In this document: positions 1 to 11,840 of the stretch, in pieces
Layout of the letters: the number at the start of each line of letters is the position of its first letter
Numbering within the stretch: position 1 is the stretch's first letter
NCBI GenBank assembly: GCA_001600695.1
Contig: BCKQ01000008.1
Coordinates: forward strand, 405,031-469,030
DNA length: 64,000 nucleotides
Direction of reading: 5' to 3'
DNA from: Ascoidea asiatica JCM 7603
Lineage: Eukaryota; Fungi; Ascomycota
Translations under genes and position numbers: made by a program
The notes under the pieces: generated by a model
The model's input: the letters and a program-made list of their open reading frames with translations, nothing else
What the model was told of the DNA's origin: nothing
Database searches by the model: none

Positions 1-329
1 GAATGATTTAGTTATATATTCAAATCCAATAAAACTTTCATCAATTTGGGATTAAATTCATTCTTTATATCTTCAATTGAAACATTTCTTTATCTCTTTT
101 CTTATATATTTCAATAAACATTCAATAAATAATTACACAATTAATAAATAATTTAAAGCTTCTTTTTTTTTGTATGGAATTTAAAAGAAATTTCTAAGGC
201 CGTCATTGAAAAGCATAAGAAATTTAAAGGAAATTTAACAAAAAATTATCAATTTGAATGTAATTAAATAATCAAAGAAGATAAAATTAAGAAAAAAAGT
301 GAATGAAATAGATAATAATATTATTAAAG

Positions 330-1493
330 ATGATATTAAATCAAATAATTTCAATTGGAATTATTCCAAAACGAATTTCAATTACTTCAATTACTTCAAT
401 AACTTCAATAACTTCAATTAAATCAATAATTGGATTAAAATTAATAAATTTTAATAAAAATAAAAGAAATTTTAGTCAAAATTCATTAAAATTATTAAAT
501 TTTAATAAAAATAAAAGAGATTTTATTCAAAATTCATTAAAAGATAATTCAATTATTAAAAATTATGAAAAATTATTTAATAAAACATTCAAAGAGTTTA
601 ATAATAATAAAATTTTATTAATTAAAAAATTTAAAGAAATTAAAAGAACTTTTGCCACTCATGGACAATTCAATAATAATAATGGATATAATGGATATAA
701 TGGATATAATGAATATAATGGATATAATGGAGGAGATAATGAAAGAAAAGAACTTTTAAATAATTTAATTAAAAGTGGGATTTTTACATTATTATTTTGT
801 ATTGGTACAACATATTTTATACCAATTTTAATTAATAATTCATCATTTAAATATAATAAAAATAAATCAGAAATTATAATTTATGGTATAATTGGATTAA
901 ATATTTTAATTTTTTTAATTTGGCAAAAAAAAGTTAATTTTAAATTAAATAAAATTTTAAATAAATTTTTTTTATTAAATAAAAAAAATACAAATTTAAT
1001 TTCAATGATTGCATCAACATTCTCACATCAAGATTTTTTTCATTTAAGTTTTAATATGATTGCATTTTATTCATTTAGTTTAAATTTTATAAATTTTATT
1101 GGAATTTCAAATTTTTTAATAATTTATTTAAATTGTGGATTATTATCATCATTTTTTTCAATTTTAATTTCATTTTTATTTAAATTTAATATTTATAATT
1201 TATCATTAGGTGCATCTGGAGCAATATTTGGTTTAATTGGATGTTTTAGTTATTTAATACCAAATTCACCTGTTAATATATTTTTTTTACCAATTCCTGG
1301 TGGAGCTTGGAATGCATTTCTTTTAATGGGAGGTTGGAATTTAACTGGAATTTTATTAAAATGGGGTACATTTGATTATGCTGGACATCTTGGTGGTTCA
1401 ATTCTTGGAATTTATTATGGTTGGTTATTAAAAAAAAGATTTAAAGAAAGAAGAGAAAAAAAACCTCAATCAATTTTTGATATTTTCAAATGA
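330..1493 (+). CDS. PCP1: Mitochondrial rhomboid protease (Pcp1/PARL family)
   Basis: Basic/hydroxylated N-terminal presequence, several TM helices, and rhomboid motifs FSHQDFFHLSFNM, SLGASGA (catalytic Ser) and AGHLGG (catalytic His). Confidence 0.9.
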   Translation: MILNQIISIGIIPKRISITSITSITSITSIKSIIGLKLINFNKNKRNFSQNSLKLLNFNKNKRDFIQNSLKDNSIIKNYEKLFNKTFKEFNNNKILLIKKFKEIKRTFATHGQFNNNNGYNGYNGYNEYNGYNGGDNERKELLNNLIKSGIFTLLFCIGTTYFIPILINNSSFKYNKNKSEIIIYGIIGLNILIFLIWQKKVNFKLNKILNKFFLLNKKNTNLISMIASTFSHQDFFHLSFNMIAFYSFSLNFINFIGISNFLIIYLNCGLLSSFFSILISFLFKFNIYNLSLGASGAIFGLIGCFSYLIPNSPVNIFFLPIPGGAWNAFLLMGGWNLTGILLKWGTFDYAGHLGGSILGIYYGWLLKKRFKERREKKPQSIFDIFK

Positions 1494-2140
1494 ATAAACA
1501 CTTTCTTATTCTTCTATATACAATCTTCAATCAACTACCACCACTCTCACACTCTCTTCAAATACAGACTCACCTCTCTATAATTCTTCTTCTTCTTCTT
1601 CTTCTTCTTCTTTCTCAGTTGTTTCTGCTGTTTCTGCTGTTTCTGCTGTTTTTTGTTGTTTTTTGTTGTTTTTGTGAAATTTCAACAATTTCTGCTTACG
1701 TACGACGGAAAACGGAAAATGCGGATTTGAAATACATTTCCGCGTCCGCGTAGCAAGGATGCTAACAGTCACGTGCACTCTCGATCCTGGCATCGGACTT
1801 TTCAGATCCTTGCCACGGACCCGCGTTCCGTGCTCCAGAATTGTGGCGACTGAAAACACCAAACAAAAAACAAACAAACAAACAAACAAAGAATAAACAA
1901 TTAAACAAATAAACAATTAAATAAATAATCAAATAATCAAATAATTAAATAATTAAATAGAAACAGTCAATTCAATCAATTAACTTAACAATAATCAGAT
2001 AATCAAAGTAAGATAACTTCAGTTACTCTTTAATTTTAATAAATATTCAACTGTTCCAACGAGATTCTCGATTAATTTTTAAAAAAATACTTTTTTGGTG
2101 TTCTATTTTTTTCCCTTCATTGCCATTCTTCTTCATACTG

Positions 2141-2142
<2 letters not shown>

Positions 2143-2182
<40 letters not shown>
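2143..2182. repeat. (TA)n microsatellite upstream of the velvet gene
   Basis: About 20 uninterrupted TA units; it produces the spurious YIYIYI ORF extension. Confidence 0.95.
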
Positions 2183-2185
<3 letters not shown>

Positions 2186-2236
2186 CATATAATATATTAC
2201 TTAAATTATTTAATTATTATAAATTTTTTTATAAAA

Positions 2237-3184
2237 ATGCCACCAAAATATCAACCAAAAAAATATCTTATGAGAAGTATACCAAAAAAATTTATTAAAA
2301 AAACAAATCCAAATTATAATTTAAAAATTATTCAACAACCTGAACAAGCAAGAGCTTCAATAAATACAATTAGATCTGTTGATCCATGTCCAATAATTCA
2401 AGTTACTTTATTTGATAATAATAATAATTCAAATAATGATATTATTGATCATTCTTATAATTCTTTAATTTGTACTGTATCTTATGAATATATTGGAATT
2501 CCTGATTATCTTTCAATTATGAAACCATTAAAATCTCTTTCAAATTCAAAATTAAAATCAGAATTAAAATCAGAATTAGAATTAAATACAATAAATGATA
2601 ATATTAATAATATTAATAATATTAATAATATTGAAAAAAATGATAAAAATGATAAAATTATTAATGAAGAAAATTATGATAATATAAAATATCAAAATGA
2701 TTTAAAAAAAATTAATAATCAAGAAATTAACTTAGAAAATAATATCAATAATATCAATAATGACAACAACAACAACAACAACAATAATAATAATAATAAT
2801 AATAATATTGATAATACTATTCAAAATACTATCCAAAATAGTATTCAAAAAAGTATTCAAAATAATATCGATAATTTTATTCAAGGTACAACTAATAATA
2901 ATAATATTAAGACAAATATAATTAATGAAGAATCTAATAATAAAAATAAAATAATGAATAAAGATTTATATAATGAAATTAAATTACAAAGATATAAAAA
3001 ACGTAGAATGAATATGATTGAAAATGAAAAAGATAGTATTTTATTTGGTACAACTTCTGTTTCTGCAAATATTATTATGCCAAAACCTTCAAATGATTAT
3101 ATTTTTTCTCATTCTTTATCTTCAAATAATATTAAAACTGATAATATTAATAATAATGATATTAAAACTGATATTAAAGAAGAA

Positions 3185-3216
<32 letters not shown>

Positions 3217-3569
3217 TAATGATATTAAAGCATTTTTTGTTTTTAATAATTTAGCAATAAGATATGAAGGTAAATATAGATTAATTTTTAAATTATTTGA
3301 AATTCCATTATCAAATTTTTCTCAATCAAATAATATTAATTCAAATTTAAATTTAAATGTAATTTTTAGAAATGAAATTAAAAGTAATGAAATTATTGTT
3401 TATAGTTCTAAAAATTTTCCAGGTTTAAGACCAAGTCCAAAATTACCTTTAAATTTAAAAAAATTATCTGGTTCAAAAATAAAATTAAGATATAAATCTC
3501 ATGAAAGAAAAAATCCATTAATTTCAAAATCTTTAAAAATTGAAAATCAAATTAAATCTTCTACCAATG

Positions 3570-3600
<31 letters not shown>

Positions 3601-4462
3601 TAATACTGATAATAAAAATATTGTCAACAACAATAATAATAATAATAACAATAATAACTTGGTTACTAATGATAATAGAGCTTTAGAAGATTCTTCAAAT
3701 AATAATTTAAAAGTTTTATCTGAAGCTTCTGCAATACTGGAACCAATTAGTAAACATCAATCTCAATCTTCTTCAAATCAATCTCAATTAAAACAAAAAT
3801 CTCCTTTTGATAATAATTCTCAATCTGATCAACAACAACAAAATCAACAAAATCAACAAAATCAACAAATTAATTCTCAAACATTATCTTATTTAAATCA
3901 AATTAATCAAAGTTTAAATTATTCTTTCAATGGTCAAATACATCCTCAACTTCAATCTAAATCAAATTCATATTCTAATTCATTTCAATCTGATTCAAAA
4001 AATTCAACTATAGATCAATCAAATAATATTTTTGATTCAAAATTTCGAAATGATCTTCAATCTGAAATTCATAATCAAATTCCAATTAATGAAAATGATT
4101 TTATGAATAGTATTAATAGTAGTATTGAAAATAGTATTAATAAATCTGTAAATGAAAATATAAATGCTAATGAAAAAGAAAGAGAGAAAGAAAACCAAGT
4201 TGAAAATGAAAATGAAAATGAAAATGAAAATGAAAATGAAAATGAAAATGAAAATGAAAAAAGTAAACAAATTGATAAAAGTAAAAATAAAGAAGAATTT
4301 GAAAAATTAAATGATGATAAAAATAAAATTAAAAATATACATAAACATAATAATGATATTGAAAATGATATTGAAAATGATAATGAGAATAATACTGATA
4401 ATGATAATGAGAATAATAATGATTTACCAATATCAAGCAGACTGAAAAGACAAAAAATTTAA
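2237..4462 (+). CDS. Velvet-domain protein (VosA/VelB/VeA family) with Asn-rich insertions and low-complexity C-terminus
   Basis: First ATG at 2237 (MPPKY). Velvet blocks present: YNLKIIQQPEQARA, RSVDPCPIIQV, LFGTTSVS, FFVFNNLAIRYEGKYRLIFKLFEI, SNEIIVYSSKNFPGLRPSPKL...SGSKIKLR. C-terminal basic NLS-like RLKRQK. Confidence 0.85.
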
Positions 4463-6294
4463 ATATTTTTCTGCTAATTGATTTATAGATCTGTTTACCA
4501 TGTTTAGGTTTTCTTTATTTTTTCACTTACGCTTTGTTTGTTATTTTATGAAAAAGAATAATTGAGAAGGTTAAATATGCTAAATTAATATTTTATATTC
4601 AAATTTTATTATAAATATTATTGTATGAGTTTGTAATCAAATTCTTTCAAATTTTTTCACATTTTGGTAATTTTTTTTTTTTTATTCAATATTTTTAGCT
4701 AAAATTTTCAAGTTTTTTTTTGATCTTTTATTTTTATTTTTATTTTTGTTATAACCTGTTTTTTTTTTAAATATTCTTTGATTTTCTTTAATTGTTTCTT
4801 GTTGATTTTTTCACTTTCAATGTTTTCGACTGTATAAATAAAATTTTCAATTTCCAATTTTCTTTTATTCAATTATCTGAATTATTACTGTACACTAATA
4901 AGTTTTTGTTCGCTTTAATTTTAATTTAATTTAATTCTTTGAAAAACCATAAAATATAAAATATGCTAATAGGTTAAAATAAGAGGCTAATTTATTTTCA
5001 TATTATTCATTGTATGTAACTGTAATTTTTTAAAAAAGACAAAAAAACAAAAAACAAAAAACAAAAAAAAAGGAAAAATCTAAATCTTGTGTTTATGAAT
5101 ATTCTAAAAACAAGTTAAGTTATTCAAATAAGAAAATATAAGATTTAAATTGAAGAAAATATTAATTTTTATTCATGCATTTAACCTGAAACAATATTAT
5201 TTCAAAAAGGTAAAATTAAAATTATTATGCGTAAAATTTTTGGAGTTTTACTGAACATCAATGTTTAATGAATTAATTTTCATTAAGAAAATAAAAGTTT
5301 ACGGTCTTAATCGGCGATTATGGAAGTAAAAAAAATATTCTTATATTGAAATTATTTTTGTTAATTTTGTTATTCAAAAAATGGAAAAAATAGTGTAATT
5401 GAAATACTTATTAGAATATTATTGCAAAATGAATTTAAACTTGTAATGAAAATGGAGAAACAGGAAAACATTATAAAATATTCTCTTTTATTAAGTCCTG
5501 ATTCTGAAATTACTTTAAAATAATCCTGAAGAACAATTTCAGAAATACAGATTACAAAATGTTTTTGGTTGAAATAAAAAATTGAAAAATTTTGTAAGTA
5601 CAAGAAACGTAACAGATAAATTGGTTAATTTGATTACCAATTCTCAAAAAAAAGAGAATAAACAAAAAAAATAATAGAATTCGACGATAATTCAAATACA
5701 TTAATTATAACTTACAACTCCTGACTTTTCACAATATTTATACTTGAGAAATCAAATGAAGCAAATAAAAGTATTTTCATATAAACAAGTTTTCAATTCC
5801 AACAAATTTTTCCATTTCATGTTCAACAGTTATTCAATTCAATTCGCCTGTCAAATTGAAAAAGTGAAAATATTTTGATTGGCAGAATTATGATTCAAAC
5901 TCATTCACTGTCGCTAAAAAAAAGTCAGTTTGCATCCATAAAAATAAATTTTTCAAAGGGCTACAACTCAAGTCTCTGGCAGTTACTTGTTGCAATAATT
6001 ATTTCATCTTTCGGAAATAGACAGCCAGTTTCCCTGCTTCTTCTTCGAGTCTTCATTTGATTCTTTATTTGAGTCTTCTTTGGGTATGCCAACAATTTTT
6101 GGTTTGTGTTCATCGTTAGTTTTCCAATTCAAACACTTGGTTAATTTTTTTTAAGCTTTATCTTTTTTATTGCAAATTTAGCAAAGCTTAATTCAGTGCC
6201 CAACGTTCGTTAATTGAATTCTTCCAGTTAGCTTTTTGAAATCAAACTCAATCTAAATTGAATCTTATTCATTGAAACGGTCATTCGAATTAAT

Positions 6295-6593
6295 TGAGTC
6301 AAAAACAATTTCAATTTCAAATTAATTAAATTAAAACTAAACCAAATCTAAATTAAATCTAAATTAAATCTAAATTCAGTTGAAATTAAATTCAAATTAA
6401 ACCTAAAATGTCATTTGTCACAGGGATTGGTCTAAACTAAGTTTAATTTGCAGCGCAATTACCCTGACCAGTGACTAAGGCTTGATTTGTGGCTTGACTT
6501 TCTTGACTCGCTTGACTCGCTTGACTCGCAAACCTACCCCAAGCTGGCAGTCAGAGTGACTCAAAAACCGTCCAAATTGGGTATCGCGACTCA
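6295..6593. promoter_or_regulatory. Cluster of TGACTC(A) sites (Gcn4/Bas1-type) upstream of the MFS permease
   Basis: TGAGTCA 6295-6301; TGACTC at 6504, 6513 and 6522 (9-nt tandem CTTGACTCG); TGACTCA 6557-6563; near-matches at 6472 and 6587. Confidence 0.6.
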
Positions 6594-6971
6594 TCCTCTG
6601 CATTCACTCACTTTTTCTCATTTTCCCTTTTAATCTGCCTCATTTTTTTTAATTTTTTAGATTTTTTTCTGTTTTTTTTCTCTTTTTTTTGAGTATTCAA
6701 CTTACAAGCTAATGAATAAACCAAATTTCAATAATATTTCAATATTCACATAACATTCAACTCAAAATAATATAAATAAAGAGAAGTTTCCTGTATTTAT
6801 TTTAGCTTGAATATATTTTTACTTTTCTTTTTCTAGATTATTGCTATTAACAACCAAATATTTAAAGAATCAGTTAAGGTAAAAGAAAGAAACCTAAACT
6901 GTATTTTTTATTTATATTAAAAAAAAAAAAGGAAAGAATTGCATAATATATAAATAAAATTTAAGGTAATA

Positions 6972-8489
6972 ATGGATCAAACTGAGATTAAAAAAACAGT
7001 ATCAGATTCTAATTCTGATATTAAATTGAATGATAATCCTCAAACTAATATTTTGGATAATGAACAATTTGATGAAGAATCAAATGTTGGTTTAAAGACA
7101 AAAGAAGAATTGTCTATTTTAAATAGAATTTATTTAAAATTAGATTTAAGAATTATTCCTGCTTTATGGTGTCTTTATTTTTTAACATCTTTTGGTTCTT
7201 CTGCTTATGGTAATTCTTTAACAATGAATGCCGAAGCTGGTCATTCTATAAAATTATCTTTAAATTTAACAGCTCATGATACTTCTACTGCTTCTGCTTT
7301 ATATTATGTTGGTTATATTTTATTTGATGTTCCAATGAATTTAGTAATGACTAAATCTCCACCTCAAGCTTGGTTAGCACGTATTGTAATTTCTTTAGGT
7401 CTTATTTATACATGTTTTGCAGCTTTAAAATCAAGTGGTGGTTTAATTGCAGTTAGATTTGTTACTGGACTTTGTGGTGCTGGTACTTGGCCTGGTTTAA
7501 CTTATTATATTTCTTTATGGTATCCAGTTGAAAGAACTGCAAAAAGAATTGGTTTTTATTTCACTGCAGCTCAATTATCTGCTGCTGCTGCAGGTTTAGT
7601 TGCTGCTGGATTTCAAAAAATGGATATGGTTAGAGGTTTATATGGTTGGAAATGGATGTTTTTAATTTATGGTGTAATTACAATAACTGTTGGATTTTCA
7701 TTAATTTGGTGGTTACCTGATAGACCTGTTGCTCTTAAATCTGATGAATTAGTTAAAAATAAATTCAGTATTAGAAAATATTTACCTGCAAATCGTAAAC
7801 CTTTAACTCCAAAAGAAAGAGAAATTCATTTAAAAGATATGGAAGAAAGATATAGTAAACCATTAAATTGGGGATTTAAAGAAATTGTGATGATTATTTC
7901 AGATATTAGAATTTGGCCATTAATTTTAATGTATTTTGGTGTTGTTGGTACTGGTTTCGGTTTAGCTGTTTTTGGTACAACTATTATTAAAACAAATAAT
8001 CCAACTTTAACTTCAATTAATGTTTCTTTATTATATGCTCCAATTTGGTTATTTGATTTAAGTGCAATTTTATTAATTACTCCATTATCTGATAAATTTA
8101 AAAGATTTAGACCATTAATTTTTTCATGTTCAACTTGTATTATTATTTGTGGTTTATTTGTAATGACTTATGCTCATGGTAAATGGTCAAGATATGGTGG
8201 TTTATTAATTTGTGGTTTTGGTTTAGGTCCAACTGTTCCAACTTGTATGGCAATGACTGCTGATATCTTTGGAAAAAAATATGGGGATGTTGGAACTGCA
8301 GTTGGTTCTGCTCTTGTATCAGGTTTAGGTAATTTAGGTTCTGTTGTTGGTACTTATGCTTTATATTCAGGATGGCCTGCTGATGCTGCTAGATTATATG
8401 AATATAGTAATATGATGTTAGTTTTAATCTGTGGTGTTAGTATTGTCAGTGCTGGTGTTTCTGCTGCCATGTCCAAGTGGTTAAAATAA
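6972..8489 (+). CDS. MFS transporter, anion:cation symporter (Dal5/Tna1/Vht1/Thi73) family
   Basis: 12-TM pattern; KLDLRIIP, RFVTGLCGAG, ISLWYP..RTAKRIGFY, GLYGWKWMFLIYG and WLPDRP are typical of the allantoate/nicotinate permease family. Confidence 0.85.
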   Translation: MDQTEIKKTVSDSNSDIKLNDNPQTNILDNEQFDEESNVGLKTKEELSILNRIYLKLDLRIIPALWCLYFLTSFGSSAYGNSLTMNAEAGHSIKLSLNLTAHDTSTASALYYVGYILFDVPMNLVMTKSPPQAWLARIVISLGLIYTCFAALKSSGGLIAVRFVTGLCGAGTWPGLTYYISLWYPVERTAKRIGFYFTAAQLSAAAAGLVAAGFQKMDMVRGLYGWKWMFLIYGVITITVGFSLIWWLPDRPVALKSDELVKNKFSIRKYLPANRKPLTPKEREIHLKDMEERYSKPLNWGFKEIVMIISDIRIWPLILMYFGVVGTGFGLAVFGTTIIKTNNPTLTSINVSLLYAPIWLFDLSAILLITPLSDKFKRFRPLIFSCSTCIIICGLFVMTYAHGKWSRYGGLLICGFGLGPTVPTCMAMTADIFGKKYGDVGTAVGSALVSGLGNLGSVVGTYALYSGWPADAARLYEYSNMMLVLICGVSIVSAGVSAAMSKWLK

Positions 8490-8926
8490 ATGTAAATTTT
8501 AGCTGTTTTTCTAACTTTTTCAACTCATTTTTAAGTCATTTTCCAATTTTTTTTACCTTTTATTTTTGATTTCATAATAAGTTTTTTTTCTTCTATAATC
8601 AAATATCAATATTTAATTTACATTTTTCTTTTCAAACCTTTCACAATCTCAGAATGTTTCAGTAAAAAATAATTTGAAGGTGCAAACAATTAAACTCAGA
8701 TAGATTGCCAGAGACCATTACGAAAACCTTCAATAGAAAACTATCAATTTGAATTCAAAATAATGCAAATAATTAATGAGTTGTAAGTATATTGAAGATC
8801 AGGGTTTATTGATTAGAAAGTAAGTATAATGAGTAATTTAAATAAGAAAAATAAAATAAAATAAAAATATAAATATGTAATATGTATCAGAGAAATATTA
8901 AGAAAAGAAAATTGTATTGCATTCAG

Positions 8927-11388
8927 CTATGGTTTGGTTGGTTCATCATTTTCAATGTCAACAATACCTTCAAAGTCTCCATCAGATTCAGAAGAATCTA
9001 CTGATTTTCCCCTGGATTTGATATCAGCAATGATTCTTTCCCTTTCTAAAGCAATAAAAGGAGTTTTGGTTACTTTAGCATAAACCCATAAAATTGAAAT
9101 TCTAACAACAGCAGTTAAAAGACCAAAAATTGCACTAACAACAGGTGCAACAACAAAAGCACCGAAAGCACTCCAATCATCAACATACATACCATTCCAA
9201 ACAATTAATAATTTACCAGCTTCTTTGACATTTCCATGATAACAAACCAAACCATAAATAAATACAGAAATAAAACCAGAAAGTCCACCAATACAAATTT
9301 CCCAACCAGTTAAAAACCAAAAATAAGTATCAGATAAACCTAAACAAATAATTGGAACAATACATGCAGAAACTAAATCTGCAATTAAATAAATTTGTAA
9401 AACATCATCAGCAACTTTTAAAGCAATAACAGCACATGGAACCATTAAAAGAAAAACTAAAACTCTGGCAAACCAAATATTGATTTTATTTCTGAATAAA
9501 TCTAAAGAAATTTCAGAAACCATAGCACTTTGTAATGAATCAAAAGTACAAGTTGAAATAACAACTACAAATAAAATCATTACACCAGATACCCATTTTG
9601 GCATTTTAGATAATAAAATAAAGAAAGAATTACCTCCATCTGGATCATTAACAACAAAATCACCAGTCCAAACACCAATAATACCAGCCCAACCAAATAA
9701 AAATAAAATTATAAATATTAAAAGAGCTGCTAATGAACAACCAATCCATAAATCTTTATCAGTTTTTGAAGCAAAAGTTCTTAACCAAAAATTTGAAAGG
9801 AAACAATTATTTGTAAAAATTGCAATCATTAAAATATAAAGTAATTTCCAAGATAATTTATTTGCAGATAATAATGGTTTCTTAGAAATTGAAGGATCAA
9901 GATCAACATAAGAACCAAAAGCACAAGTTGCAATAATAATTAAAATACAAACAAATCCAGCTTGAATATTATCAGTTAAAAATGAAACTTTAAAACCACC
10001 AATTGAAGTATAAATTGCAGTTACAACACATTCAACAATTACAACAGGTAACCCATCTAAACCTGATAAAGAATTAAAAGCCCAATAAATTGCAGATAAT
10101 TCTGCAATCATATAAAGAAATAAAGTTAAAATTGTAAAAGAAGCAAGATATAATTGAGTTAATAATCCAAATCTTTGATAAGTCCAAGCAGTTAAAACAA
10201 AACCATCTGGACATTTTTTACGAATAATTGGACCTAAGAATGCAAAAAGAAACATTGGTAAAGAACATGATAAAGCATAAACTAAAACACCATGAATACC
10301 AGCAATATTACCGATTTGTGAAAAAGATGTAATTATACCACATCCAAGAGCTATATAAATAATAAAAATAAATTGGTAAGAAAAAAAAGAAAAACAGTTA
10401 GTAAATTATGGAAATTTTTATAACTTAAGAATACTCAAGAATAATAAAAACCTCCGAGGAATTATTTAAAGAAAGTAATTAAGAATCAAAATGGGTTGGA
10501 AGATAAACTAGAAAGGAATAGATAAAGGAAAAGGATAATTTAACCAATAAAAAGGAAAAAGATGGCTGAAAGAAAAAAAGCTTCAGACTTTTAAAAAAAA
10601 GTATAAAAAAGGTAGAGAAAATTTAAGCCAAGTGACTTCAATTAAGTAAAAGTGAAGGAGATTATCAGTTTAGACTTCATTCTTGTACTGATAATTCTTT
10701 TTTTAATAGATTTCATTCCATTCATTTTCTAATTTAATAAATCCAAAATCCAAACAAATCAACTTAAAATACTTCATATATTTAAATAACAACCCAAAGA
10801 ATTTAAATAAATTCTTAAATATAATTAATTAAAATTAATTAAATGAATCAATTAATATAGCAATATTACTTCCTCACGCAAGTATTAACTTGATCGAGTA
10901 TGAAATACGGTATAATCTCAGCCATTTATGTGGCACCCGTAGAATATTGCAATAAATTTCAAAAGGAAACTAAAAAAAAAACAAAGAAAAAAAAAAATTA
11001 AAAAAATAAAAAAAAAGTAGTAGATTCAAAAAGAGAATCAAGTTAGTAGATATATGAAAAGATCGCAATTGGAGGAATACAAACCATAAGCTTATTTTTT
11101 TTTTTTTCTCTTTTTGAAATTTCTTGACTATGAAAATTCTAGAACAATACTATGCGAAGTTTAGCAAACAGGCTATATCAACAATAGAAGACATTAAATG
11201 GAATAAAATGGATTTAAATACGAACCAGATGCTAAAAAATTAAAAGCTAATGCTAAACCCTTTTGGGACCTATTTGCAGATAAAAAAGTTTTATTATCGA
11301 GACAATAAAAACCAAGAGCAACACCAGTGATTAAACAAACTGAATAAGTGACATATGCAATGGCGTTAGAAGCTTGACTTGACAACAT
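8927..11388 (-). CDS. DUR31: Sodium:solute symporter family transporter (Dur31-type, probable thiamine transporter); two exons, 11388-11226 and 10350-8927, 528 aa
   Basis: Joining GCA TCT G|CT CTT GGA gives a continuous ...FNFLASALGCGIITSFSQIGNIAGIHG...YALSCSLPMFLF..., merging ORFs 11194-11418 and 8927-10255. SSS motifs YTSIGGFKVSFLTDNIQ and FWLRTFASK. Intronic TPP riboswitch as known for DUR31/NCU01977 orthologs. Confidence 0.85.
10351..11225 (-). other. Spliceosomal intron (875 nt) of DUR31
   Basis: 5' site GTTCGT at 11225; branchpoint TACTAAC at 10403-10397; 3' site TAG ending at 10351; removal restores the reading frame. A second TACTAAC (11048-11042) with a poly-T tract and AG at 10970 lies inside. 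Confidence 0.9.
10860..10950 (-). ncRNA. TPP (THI-box) riboswitch aptamer
   Basis: Minus strand reads GCAATATTC-TACGG-GT-GCCA-CATAAA-TGGC-TGAGA-TTATA-CCGTA-TTTCATA-CTC-GAT-CAAG-TTAATA-CTTG-CGT-GAG-GA-AGTAATATTGC. Stems: P1 GCAATATT/AATATTGC, P2 TACGG/CCGTA, P3 GCCA/TGGC, P4 CTC/GAG, P5 CAAG/CTTG. Conserved GGUG, CUGAGA, GAU, UAAU and GCG elements are present. Confidence 0.95.
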
Positions 11389-11840
11389 GATGGAATAAAT
11401 GATAAATAACAAAAGCAACGAATATTTTAAAGCAGAAAGAAGTTCTATTCAATCTCAGTTAACGATGACGATGACAATGAAGATAAAGAAGATGAAGAAG
11501 AAGAAGTAAAAGAAAAGGAAAAAGAGAGAAAAGCTTTTGAGAAAGAGGGAAACTGCTCAGCTTTTATACAATTTCGTCAGCAGCAACAGACAAAGAGGAA
11601 AAAATAAGAAAAAACAAGAAAAAGCTCGGCGCTTAAATTAGTCACAGCCACGTGCATCTCCACAAAAAACGCCGCATGCAGTGCCACGCGTACACGCCAC
11701 TCTACGGCGCTAGTTGTTTTTGGACGCCAGAATTGTGGGTGCGCTCTCAAAAGGGTATAACGACAAAAAATATTAATACTAAAAAATTAAATTTGGGAGT
11801 CATCAGACGTTTATTTGCTACAATTATTATTATACATTTT

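Noticed and set aside
1760-1768. TGCTAACAG as branchpoint/3' splice site of a 5' UTR intron of the velvet gene
   Set aside because: There is no convincing 5' splice site, and the spacing differs from the DUR31 intron (branchpoint-AG about 45-70 nt).
1490-1916. Overlapping small ORFs 1490-1753 and 1578-1916
   Set aside because: They arise from CTT/TTTCTGCTG microsatellites and a GC-rich promoter island with few stop codons.
11194-11418. Stand-alone 74-aa ORF
   Set aside because: It is exon 1 of DUR31 reading into the intron.
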